DNA of 64,000 bases, from positions 1,312,001 through 1,376,000 of the forward strand of contig OY781945.1 in NCBI GenBank assembly GCA_963677435.1, given 5' to 3'. Below are positions 9,987-18,060 of the stretch, piece after piece. This DNA comes from an uncultured Aliarcobacter sp. (GTDB taxonomy: Bacteria > Campylobacterota > Campylobacteria > Campylobacterales > Arcobacteraceae). The notes under the pieces were generated by a model. The model ran no database searches, was not told the DNA's origin, and saw nothing but the letters and a program-made list of their open reading frames with translations. How positions within the stretch are numbered: the first letter of the stretch is position 1; each line of letters opens with the position of its first letter. Both the position numbers and the translations under genes were made by a program.

Positions 9987-10931
9987 TTACCTCCATCGTC
10001 CAAATATAGTATAATAATCAAATGTCATATGTACTAAAATAACAGAAACAACTAACCAAACACTCCAAACAATGATTTTATGAATATTATCATTTAGTGG
10101 ATATTTTTTTCGCAAAAATAATGGCATACTAATCAAGTTAACTAAAAAAGCACCTAAAAATGCTGCTACAAAACTATTTGAGAAGAGAAAAATTAAAAAA
10201 TATAATGCTGGAACTAATAACATATAGTAAATTAAATAATCAAACATATTAATGAAATTTGTTTTAATAAGAATATCATTATCTAAGTTTTTCTTAATCT
10301 TTTTATATGAAATAAATAAAGCTAAAAAAAACAAAAACCAAAGATTAAAATACCATAATAAGTTATACAATGGATTAGTTGATATAAATTCAAAACCAGG
10401 CATAGGAGGACTTATTTTTAAGATAACTTTTTCACCATCTAATTCTTTTCCAACATCTTCAACTTTAATTTGAATATTGTTAAAACCTACATGTAAACTA
10501 AAAGCTTCTGATTTTGATTTTGGATAAGAAAATTGATTAGGATTATTGTCATTTTCATAGGGAAACATGAATCTTTCAATACTATCTCTACTACCTGAAA
10601 AACTAGGTTTAGCTTCATAAAATCTATTTTGTTTTGTATTCTCTACTGATAGTATGATTGGTTCTCCTGGATTTACATAAAAGAGATAGCCATCTCGATT
10701 ATGAGTATCTGAATTTTTAAGAATGGCATCACCTAAACCATTTGTACCTTTTTTAAATGCTATATAGAAACTAAGATTACCAGGCGTTAAACGAAATATT
10801 CTTACCTTAACTATTTCTCCTTTTTGTAAAATTAATTCCTTTTTATATGTATATTCAGAAATATATTTTAAAAAAATTCCAAAAAATGTGAATAGTACTA
10901 ATATTAACCATATTTTTAATGATTTATTCAT
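9987..10931 (-). CDS. Hypothetical membrane protein (element cargo)
   Basis: 314-aa ORF with AAGG RBS; N-terminal TM, soluble middle domain, several C-terminal hydrophobic helices. Confidence 0.75.
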   Translation of the reverse strand: MNKSLKIWLILVLFTFFGIFLKYISEYTYKKELILQKGEIVKVRIFRLTPGNLSFYIAFKKGTNGLGDAILKNSDTHNRDGYLFYVNPGEPIILSVENTKQNRFYEAKPSFSGSRDSIERFMFPYENDNNPNQFSYPKSKSEAFSLHVGFNNIQIKVEDVGKELDGEKVILKISPPMPGFEFISTNPLYNLLWYFNLWFLFFLALFISYKKIKKNLDNDILIKTNFINMFDYLIYYMLLVPALYFLIFLFSNSFVAAFLGAFLVNLISMPLFLRKKYPLNDNIHKIIVWSVWLVVSVILVHMTFDYYTIFGRWR

Positions 10932-11240
10932 GATAAGTTTACCTTCAATTTATTATTAATAATATTATTTGTTAAGACGATTTTATCAGAGCACATTATA
11001 CTTATTTACTAATGAATATATTAATGTAAAAAAGAAAAAGATATATCCTAAAGTTGATATTACAATTTTTGCATTTTAAGATTTTTCATTATCTCTTTTG
11101 TTGTAATGTTGTATTATAATCAATGAAATTCTTATAATAAAAAATCGTATAGTTGATATTTGAATTATAAAGCAATAATAATTATGAAGAAATAAATATA
11201 ATATTATTTATAAAAGAATTATTAAAATAAATAAAAGATA

Positions 11241-12395
11241 ATGACAATGATTGAACAAAATTTAAAAGATACACTTAGCAATGATATAGAATACTTAATA
11301 GATAATAATTTATTTTTTGAAAAAGTCTATATCCATTCTTGTCCTATTCATCAATTATTATATATTAAATATTACAGAATGAAAAATAAGATTTCATTAA
11401 ATGAATTAGTTGATAATAGTATAAATAGATATATCGCTGATTTGAAAGAATTAAAAAGAGTTTATGAGTTAGATGAAGATGCAAATTTGTTATATAGTGA
11501 GAAAAGATATAAAAGCAATATTTCAAAAGAATTATTAGAAAAATTAAAATATAAATTTATGAATAGTAAATTATATTATTTAGAGTGTGTGATAGTAAGT
11601 GCTAAAAATCCTTACTTAGAATATTTTTATTTATTTTTAAATTCAATAAATAATAGTTTATATATAAAAGAAAATCAATTTAACAATTCATCAACTCAAT
11701 ATAATAATGATAATTATATAAATAAAATAAAAAGTATGAGAGAGAATGCAGAAAACTTTTTTGATGAAAATTTATTAAAAGATTCAAAATTACATAAAGG
11801 TATTATTGAAACATATAAAAAAGATAAGATTGAAGGTTCTATGATTATATCTTCTATAACAAATAAAATGTTGGCTAAATTAATAGGCATGCTAGATATT
11901 GAAGATATAGATGAAAAAGATAAAATTATTTTAAATAGAAATCAACAATTTCATAAAAAATTTGAATATGTAAATTTTACAGAAAATGAAATGTATAATG
12001 GATTTGCTCAAGCTTGTTTTTATAATTATGGTCAAGCTAGAATTGAACAATTTAAAAGTTTAAGAAAAGAATATAATAAAAATAAAACAGCAACGATACC
12101 CAATTTTACTAAAGATATTATTTCAAAAGAAATAATAGAATTATTTAATTTAGTGTTAGATGAAAAAAATGCAATTAAAAATATTCGTCAAAATAAAAAA
12201 TCACCTAATATTTTAAAAATTTATGATGATATTACAATTTATACTACAAAAGATTTATCAGAAGTAGACAAAGGATTTTATAAATTTATTATTGAAAACT
12301 TTTTTGATGAAACTCCTAAAATGCAAAACTTCCTGAATGAACATAAAGAAGAAATGCAAAACTTCACTTCACAACTTCGTATCCTATTTTATTAA
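11241..12395 (+). CDS. Hypothetical protein (element cargo)
   Basis: 384-aa uninterrupted ORF in extremely AT-rich DNA; no motif recognised. Confidence 0.75.
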   Translation: MTMIEQNLKDTLSNDIEYLIDNNLFFEKVYIHSCPIHQLLYIKYYRMKNKISLNELVDNSINRYIADLKELKRVYELDEDANLLYSEKRYKSNISKELLEKLKYKFMNSKLYYLECVIVSAKNPYLEYFYLFLNSINNSLYIKENQFNNSSTQYNNDNYINKIKSMRENAENFFDENLLKDSKLHKGIIETYKKDKIEGSMIISSITNKMLAKLIGMLDIEDIDEKDKIILNRNQQFHKKFEYVNFTENEMYNGFAQACFYNYGQARIEQFKSLRKEYNKNKTATIPNFTKDIISKEIIELFNLVLDEKNAIKNIRQNKKSPNILKIYDDITIYTTKDLSEVDKGFYKFIIENFFDETPKMQNFLNEHKEEMQNFTSQLRILFY

Positions 12396-12579
12396 ATATT
12401 CTCTGCAAATAACAACTCAAAAACAAGTAAATATTTACAGAAAAAAACTTTTTTTATCTGACACAATTCCTCTATCAATTGACAAACAAAGTCATATAAA
12501 TTTATATAACAGTAAAGACGTTTACTAAGCTTTCTATTTTAATAATTATAAAAATAGATAAATCCATAAAGGATAAAAA

Positions 12580-12840
12580 ATGATTACTTTAAAAGGTTTG
12601 CTTTTAAATATTATTCCAGCAACAACTTATAAAAAACAAGGAGAAACTTTAGTTACTCCTGTAAAAGCTAAATTACAAATTTTAGTAGAAAGCAAAAGAG
12701 CAAATGGAACATTAGTTAAAGATTTACAAACTATTTCAATTCCAGATGAAAAAATAAATCTTTATACAGACAAGATTTCAAAAGAGGTTTCCGTAGAAGT
12801 AGGAATCATTTCAAAACAATTTAGTTTCTATGGTGTCTAA
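12580..12840 (+). CDS. Small protein, putative single-stranded DNA-binding protein of the replication module
   Basis: 86 aa, AAGGA RBS, alternating beta-strand pattern, located just before the origin hairpins and rep. Function is inferred from size and context. Confidence 0.5.
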   Translation: MITLKGLLLNIIPATTYKKQGETLVTPVKAKLQILVESKRANGTLVKDLQTISIPDEKINLYTDKISKEVSVEVGIISKQFSFYGV

Positions 12841-12888
12841 GAAGAAAAAAGACTTTTAGAGCGCTAGCGCATGAAAGTTTTTTTCTTC
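12841..12888. other. Long imperfect hairpin with GCGCTAGCGC apex (candidate single-strand origin, or terminator)
   Basis: GAAGAAAAAAGACTTT...AAAGTTTTTTTCTTC arms around TAGAGCGCTAGCGCATG. Confidence 0.5.
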
Positions 12889-12909
12889 GTGACAAAATAA
12901 AAGTTATTC

Positions 12910-12929
12910 GGGGTATTTAGTAATACCCC
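12910..12929 (+). other. Candidate double-strand origin / nick-site hairpin for Rep_trans
   Basis: GGGGTATT-TAGT-AATACCCC perfect 8-bp stem, 27 nt before the rep start; contains T^AATA as in the pT181 and Ff nick sites. Confidence 0.6.
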
Positions 12930-12956
12930 TTACTAAAACACTCAAAAGGAAAAAAG

Positions 12957-14303
12957 ATGAATGTAATTAAAAAAACATTTGGTATTGATTCACTTTATTT
13001 CTTCTTTGAAACCAATGAAAACTATGATGATTTATTTTTAGAAATACTTGACCAATTAGAAGAAATTAAAGGTAAGTTTGAAAAAAGAGATATTGAATTT
13101 GAGAACAAAGATTTAACAATATCAATAAATGATATTCAATTATCTTATCTTGGAAAACAAGAGGGCTTTTATTGGTTTAAAGATTCAAATGAATTTTTTA
13201 GAATTGGATTTAAAGATAGATATAAAAATAGAGGATTAAATGATATTAGAGTACAGCTTCAAGGAAATGGTATTTATACTTTTGGGATTAATTCTATTAT
13301 TGAATTACTCAAAGATTCCCTAAAAGAGTTTATAAGTGATTATATACCAGTAACAAGAGCAGATTTAAACTGCTTTATACAATATGATTTTTCATTTGTA
13401 AAAAAAGATATGTTTAGCACTAGAAAAAGAAAATATTCAACTATTAATGAAATTGGAGATGCAAATACAACTCAAACATTATATGTTGGAAAAGAGCCTT
13501 TTAAATTAAGGCTTTATAATAAATCATTAGAACTAAAAAAATCTAAAAAGTTTGAAATCATGAATGAATACTTTTTAAATAATGGTTTTGATTTAGAAGA
13601 GAATATTTTTAATATTGAGTTTCAAATGAATAGAGGTCATTTAAAACAATATAACATAAATACAATAGATGATTTATTTGCTAATGCTAAAAATCTTTTT
13701 CAAATTGCTATGGATGATATTAGATTACTTGATGTTGATTCAGTTTCAAGGGAAAGATTAGCAAATAATAAGTATCAAGCAGATACTCATAAATTATGGG
13801 AAGAGATTAAAAATGAATATGATTTAAAAGAGTTTTTACAAACTGTAATTCCATTAGAGAGATTAAAAAGAAAAATTTCTGTTTATGATGAAAATAAATT
13901 TGAATATGAATATATATCATTAATTAGAAAAGCATATATAAATAATCTAACTTTAGATGATGAACATTTAACAAGTTTATACTTTAAAGCAAAAGAATCT
14001 CTTAAAAAAACAACTACTCAAAAAGAGCTAAAAAAAGATTATATTGAAGTAGATATTGTAGATGAAACAACAAATAAAAAAGAGAATTTTAGATTGTTAA
14101 ATAGTGGAGAGTTAATTAAACCTCTTAGAACTGAAACTGTTGCTAATTTGAATGATTATGAATTACTTGTTTACTTGGATAAAACTAGTGAGAAACAACA
14201 TTTAAGTACTAGAGATAATTTGATTTATAATGTGGCTTATAAGGAAGCTCGGAAAAGGAATTTATTGCTTGATATTAGTTCTAATGAAGCGATAGAGTTT
14301 TAA
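12957..14303 (+). CDS. Rep_trans-family rolling-circle replication initiator / MOBT-like relaxase
   Basis: GIDSL, VTRADLN, TLYVGK, RLYNKSLE (catalytic Tyr ~187) and NIEFQM correspond to the RepC/RepD motifs TRLDLA, KYFG, RIYNK, RVEIEL. Confidence 0.82.
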   Translation: MNVIKKTFGIDSLYFFFETNENYDDLFLEILDQLEEIKGKFEKRDIEFENKDLTISINDIQLSYLGKQEGFYWFKDSNEFFRIGFKDRYKNRGLNDIRVQLQGNGIYTFGINSIIELLKDSLKEFISDYIPVTRADLNCFIQYDFSFVKKDMFSTRKRKYSTINEIGDANTTQTLYVGKEPFKLRLYNKSLELKKSKKFEIMNEYFLNNGFDLEENIFNIEFQMNRGHLKQYNINTIDDLFANAKNLFQIAMDDIRLLDVDSVSRERLANNKYQADTHKLWEEIKNEYDLKEFLQTVIPLERLKRKISVYDENKFEYEYISLIRKAYINNLTLDDEHLTSLYFKAKESLKKTTTQKELKKDYIEVDIVDETTNKKENFRLLNSGELIKPLRTETVANLNDYELLVYLDKTSEKQHLSTRDNLIYNVAYKEARKRNLLLDISSNEAIEF

Positions 14304-14346
14304 GGGAGTTATATCTTAAACAGATTATGAAAGGAGAATATAAACA

Positions 14347-14652
14347 ATGGATATATCATTTGAGAATTTAAAAAAGATAGACACCATATTGGAAAAATTG
14401 GAAAGTCTAGAAAATAAGATTTCTAGTGAGAAGAGGTGGCTAAATATAAAAGAAGCTTCTTATTATCTTGGTTATTCAAAAGACCATATACATAAATTAA
14501 AAGAGAGTTATCTCTTAGAGGGAAAACATTACTTTAAAAAAGCAGGTAGGATTTTATTTGATAAAGTTGAACTTGATAATTGGGTTAAAACATCTTATCT
14601 ACAAATAAATCCAAAAGAGATTGTTGAGAATATTTTAAAAGATTTAATATGA
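14347..14652 (+). CDS. Excisionase-like helix-turn-helix protein
   Basis: WLNIKEASYYLGYSKDHIHKL...GRILFDKVELDNW; AAGGAG RBS; directly upstream of int. Confidence 0.82.
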   Translation: MDISFENLKKIDTILEKLESLENKISSEKRWLNIKEASYYLGYSKDHIHKLKESYLLEGKHYFKKAGRILFDKVELDNWVKTSYLQINPKEIVENILKDLI

Positions 14653-14716
14653 TTTTCTGTAAAATAGTTACCGCTAGAAGTGAGCTATTTTATGGTGTTT
14701 TTTCTAAGGAGAAAAC

Positions 14717-15802
14717 ATGATTAATATGACGCAACCAAAACTTTACTCACGAGGTAATAAACTTTGGATGAATTTTAGTTTAGAGGGTAAATATATACGA
14801 AAATCTCTAAATCTAGAAGACAATAAAGCTAATAGAAAAATAGCAACAACACAAATAATTCCACAATTGATTTTAAAAGTTCATAGTGGAGAGTTCTTTG
14901 AAAAAACTATTGTTCCCACATTAAATGAGTATTCTAAAGTTTCTTTTGAATCACATAGACATGAACGAAAGATAACTACGAATACAGATTATCAAAATAT
15001 TTATAATAAGCATATCAAACCAATTTTTGGAAATAGAACACTTGATAAAATAAGAGTAAGTGAAATAAATATTTGGAAAAATAAGTTATATAATGAATTG
15101 AAATTATCATCAAGAAGAGTAAATGATATAAAAAAAATATTTGGTACTATTCTTGAAGATGCAATTAGAGATGAAATTATAGTTTCAAATCCAGTATCAA
15201 AATCAAGACCACTTCCTATACATCAAGAAAAAGAAATTAAACCTTTTTCATTAGATGAAATACAAAAGATTTTAGATTCAGCAAATGGGCAAGATAAAAA
15301 TATTATTGCTACTTTATTTATGACTGGTATGCGAACAGGTGAATTAATTGGTCTTAAATGGATTGATATAGATTTTGAAAAAAATGAAATAAAAATTAAT
15401 AGAACAATTGGAAGAGGAATAGAGGGTACTCCTAAAACTTTTTCCAGTTATAGAATAATTCCAATTTTTACTCCTTTGTTGTCATATCTAAAAAATCAGT
15501 ATGAATTAACTTCAAAAGAAAAATCCTATGTATTTTTAAATCATGATGGAAGACATTATTTTGATGCTAAAAATATTAGAGCAGGGTTATGGAAAAAGGT
15601 ATTAAAAAAATCAAGTGTTGATTTTAGAACAGTTTATTATACTAGGCATACTTTTTGTTCTATTAACTTACAAAATGGAGAAGATGTTATTTGGATATCT
15701 AAAGTATTAGGACATAAAAATCCTAGAGTTACTCTTGAAAAATATTCAAAATATATTCCAAGTATTGGAAATAAATGTACAATCTTTGAAAAATTAAATT
15801 GA
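14717..15802 (+). CDS. Tyrosine recombinase / integrase
   Basis: TGMRTGEL, PKT, YYTRHTF, LGH, KY catalytic set; N-terminal arm-binding-like domain; adjacent to the tRNA att. Confidence 0.95.
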   Translation: MINMTQPKLYSRGNKLWMNFSLEGKYIRKSLNLEDNKANRKIATTQIIPQLILKVHSGEFFEKTIVPTLNEYSKVSFESHRHERKITTNTDYQNIYNKHIKPIFGNRTLDKIRVSEINIWKNKLYNELKLSSRRVNDIKKIFGTILEDAIRDEIIVSNPVSKSRPLPIHQEKEIKPFSLDEIQKILDSANGQDKNIIATLFMTGMRTGELIGLKWIDIDFEKNEIKINRTIGRGIEGTPKTFSSYRIIPIFTPLLSYLKNQYELTSKEKSYVFLNHDGRHYFDAKNIRAGLWKKVLKKSSVDFRTVYYTRHTFCSINLQNGEDVIWISKVLGHKNPRVTLEKYSKYIPSIGNKCTIFEKLN

Positions 15803-15889
15803 TTTTATAAATATTATTAAACGTACAACTTTATCACAGTTGATAGTTTTTAAATTTGGAAAGCCATATAATGTGGGTTTGAACACAAC

Positions 15890-15907
15890 GTGGTGCGAAT
15901 GGTGAGA
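15890..15907. repeat. att site overlapping the tRNA-Leu 3' end
   Basis: GTGGTGCGAATGGTGAGA is identical to 9774..9791. Confidence 0.92.
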
Positions 15908-15977
15908 ATCGAACTCACACTCCGAAACCGGAACGGGATTTTAAGTCCCGCGCGTCTACCTATTCCGCCACACTCGC
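15891..15977 (-). tRNA. tRNA-Leu (UAA)
   Basis: GCGAGTGTGGCGGAATAGGTAGACGCGCGGGACTTAAAATCCCG...GTTCGATTCTCACCATTCGCACCA; long variable arm. Confidence 0.97.
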
Positions 15978-16006
15978 ACATGTGTATTTAAAGACTTCAA
16001 AAGAAA

Positions 16007-16082
16007 TGGTGGCTCGAGACAGAATCGAACTGTCGACACAAGGATTTTCAATCCTTTGCTCTACCGACTGAGCTATCGAGCC
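16007..16082 (-). tRNA. tRNA-Phe (GAA)
   Basis: GGCTCGATAGCTCAGTCGGTAGAGCAAAGGATTGAAAATCCTT...CCA; 76-nt cloverleaf. Confidence 0.97.
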
Positions 16083-16102
16083 AATATTACTTTTAAAAAA
16101 AG

Positions 16103-16187
16103 TGGTGGTGAGAGAAGGATTCGAACCTTCGAAGCCGTAGGCGGCGGATTTACAGTCCGCAGGATTTGACCACTCTCCAACCTCACC
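16103..16187 (-). tRNA. tRNA-Tyr (GUA)
   Basis: GGTGAGGTTGGAGAGTGGTCAAATCCTGCGGACTGTAAATCCGC...CCA; long variable arm. Confidence 0.97.
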
Positions 16188-16210
16188 GTTGAAAATTTTA
16201 CTTAAACTAA

Positions 16211-16285
16211 TGGATGGGGTAGAAGGATTCGAACCTTCGAGTGACGGTACCAAAAACCGTTGCCTTACCGCTTGGCGATACCCCA
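16211..16285 (-). tRNA. tRNA-Gln (UUG)
   Basis: TGGGGTATCGCCAAGCGGTAAGGCAACGGTTTTTGGTACCGT...TCCA. Confidence 0.97.
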
Positions 16286-16295
16286 TTAATTTAAG

Positions 16296-16309
16296 TGGAC
16301 GGAATTATA
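16296..16309 (-). promoter_or_regulatory. -10 box and discriminator of the tRNA operon promoter
   Basis: TATAATTCCGTCCA on the minus strand, nearly identical to TATAATTCCCGTCCA of the rrn promoter. Confidence 0.7.
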
Positions 16310-16439
16310 TACTTTTAATAATTAAAGTTAGCTAAAAGTAAAATAAAATTTAAAATATATATTTTCTTTACTACGAATCTAATTTATGCTATTATTTTTA
16401 AGATTAGAAAATTATTTTAATCTCATAAAGGCGAAGAAT

Positions 16440-18059
16440 ATGTTTATGGAACATTTAGCTTTGACATATAAGTGTCATAGCTCTATTGGTAATAGTTTAG
16501 ATTTACATAGCATGATAAAAGAAGTGCTTACAACATTTGTTGAAGAGAACAATGCTGTAAATGGTTTTTTTTATTTGATAGATGAAAATGATAAATTATA
16601 TAAATACTTAGCATATGATAATAGTTTTGATTTAGATGAAATACAATTAGAAGAAGAAAAGAAAGATTTATCAAAGGTAAGAATTTTTGATTTAGATAAA
16701 GAAAATATTGTTTTATTTTTACCTTTGCAAAAAGGTATATTTATTATCATATTTCAAGATAGAAGTGTTAATTTTGAATATATTATTTCAATGTTTCAAG
16801 ATTTGATTGTAAAACTAAATATAAGTATAGATGCTTGTTTAAATGTACAAAAAATGAAAGCTAAAAATAAAATGTTAAATCATTTAGCAAATGAGTTAAA
16901 AGAACGACAAAAACAACTACTTGATTCTGATAAATATAAAAGTAATTTTTTAGCAAATATGTCCCATGAATTAAAAACTCCACTAAATTCAATTTTAGTT
17001 ATATCTTCAATTATGGCAAAAAATAAAAATAAAAAACTTGATGATGAACAAATAAAAAATATGAAAATAATTAATAGTTGTGGCAATGACTTATTAATTC
17101 TTATAAATGATGTTTTAGATATATCAAAAATTGAAGCAGGGGAGTTATCAATAACTTTATCAAAAATAAATCTTTTTCAATTAGTAGAAGATTTGATTTT
17201 TGAGATGCAACCTTTGGCAAATGAGAAGGGTTTAACTTTAAATTATAAATCTTCATTAAAAGAAGTATTTTTATTATCTGACTCTCATAGGATTAAGCAG
17301 ATTATTAAAAACTTAATGAGTAATGCAATAAAATTTACAGAAAAAGGAATAATAGAAATTCTTTTAGAAGAGAATGCTAATGATATTACAATAAAAGTAA
17401 TTGATGAAGGTATTGGAATTGCAGCGGAAAAATTGAGTTATGTTTTTGAAAGATTTAAACAAGCAGATGGAAGTACAACTAGAAAATATGGTGGAACTGG
17501 ACTTGGTTTAGCAATTTCTAAAGAACTATCTACTTTATTGGGTGGAGATATTAAAGCTTTTAGCACTTTAGGAAAAGGAAGTACATTTGAATTGATTTTA
17601 CCTACAAAAACAAATATCAAAAATATTTCAGATGATAAAGTTTCTATCTCTTCTCGGGATGAAGATATTGTCATTGAAGATATTGTTTTATTTGATATGG
17701 AAGATGTTAATATAAAAGAAGAAAAAATTATAATAAAAGAAGGAAAAATATTAGTTATTAATACAGATTATAGTTCTTTTTTCCCTTTTGCTGTATCTTT
17801 ACGAAAAGAGAATATAGTTTTAAATTATTCTAAATCCATAAATGAAGCTTATGATATATTAAAAGATAACTATGATTTAGTAATAATTGATGAAGATAAT
17901 TGTGATATAGATATATTTCAATTTCTTGATTTTTGCAATGAAAAAAAATTAAATAAAATTGTACTTAGTTCTAAGAAGGTTGATGAGGAAGATTATTTAG
18001 AAAAACAATTTTTGAAAGATGAATTGTTGAATAAAATTACAAAATATTTAGGAAGATAA
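16440..18059 (+). CDS. Hybrid-type sensor histidine kinase with a degenerate C-terminal receiver-like domain (start 16440 or 16446; the track starts at 16386)
   Basis: FLANMSHELKTPL, NLMSNAIKFT, DEGIGI, GGTGLGLAIS. Confidence 0.9.
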   Translation: MFMEHLALTYKCHSSIGNSLDLHSMIKEVLTTFVEENNAVNGFFYLIDENDKLYKYLAYDNSFDLDEIQLEEEKKDLSKVRIFDLDKENIVLFLPLQKGIFIIIFQDRSVNFEYIISMFQDLIVKLNISIDACLNVQKMKAKNKMLNHLANELKERQKQLLDSDKYKSNFLANMSHELKTPLNSILVISSIMAKNKNKKLDDEQIKNMKIINSCGNDLLILINDVLDISKIEAGELSITLSKINLFQLVEDLIFEMQPLANEKGLTLNYKSSLKEVFLLSDSHRIKQIIKNLMSNAIKFTEKGIIEILLEENANDITIKVIDEGIGIAAEKLSYVFERFKQADGSTTRKYGGTGLGLAISKELSTLLGGDIKAFSTLGKGSTFELILPTKTNIKNISDDKVSISSRDEDIVIEDIVLFDMEDVNIKEEKIIIKEGKILVINTDYSSFFPFAVSLRKENIVLNYSKSINEAYDILKDNYDLVIIDEDNCDIDIFQFLDFCNEKKLNKIVLSSKKVDEEDYLEKQFLKDELLNKITKYLGR

Positions 18060-18060
18060 A

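Larger units (their letters stand above)
9774..15907. mobile_element. ~6.1 kb integrative element in tRNA-Leu(UAA) with Rep_trans rolling-circle initiator, excisionase and tyrosine integrase
   Basis: Flanked by identical 18-bp repeats that include the tRNA 3' end; contains int, xis and rep. Confidence 0.9.

Noticed and set aside
15637..15654. Integrase inactive because HxxR reads YxxR (YYTRHT)
   Set aside because: Substitution of this His is tolerated in many tyrosine recombinases; the R, K, R, H and Y residues and the reading frame are intact.
9774..15907. Calling the element a complete prophage, inovirus or ICE
   Set aside because: No recognisable coat, Zot/pI ATPase, terminase, tail, coupling-protein or T4SS genes lie between the att sites.
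15960..16286. 108-aa minus-strand ORF
   Set aside because: It runs through the tRNA-Gln/Tyr/Phe/Leu genes.
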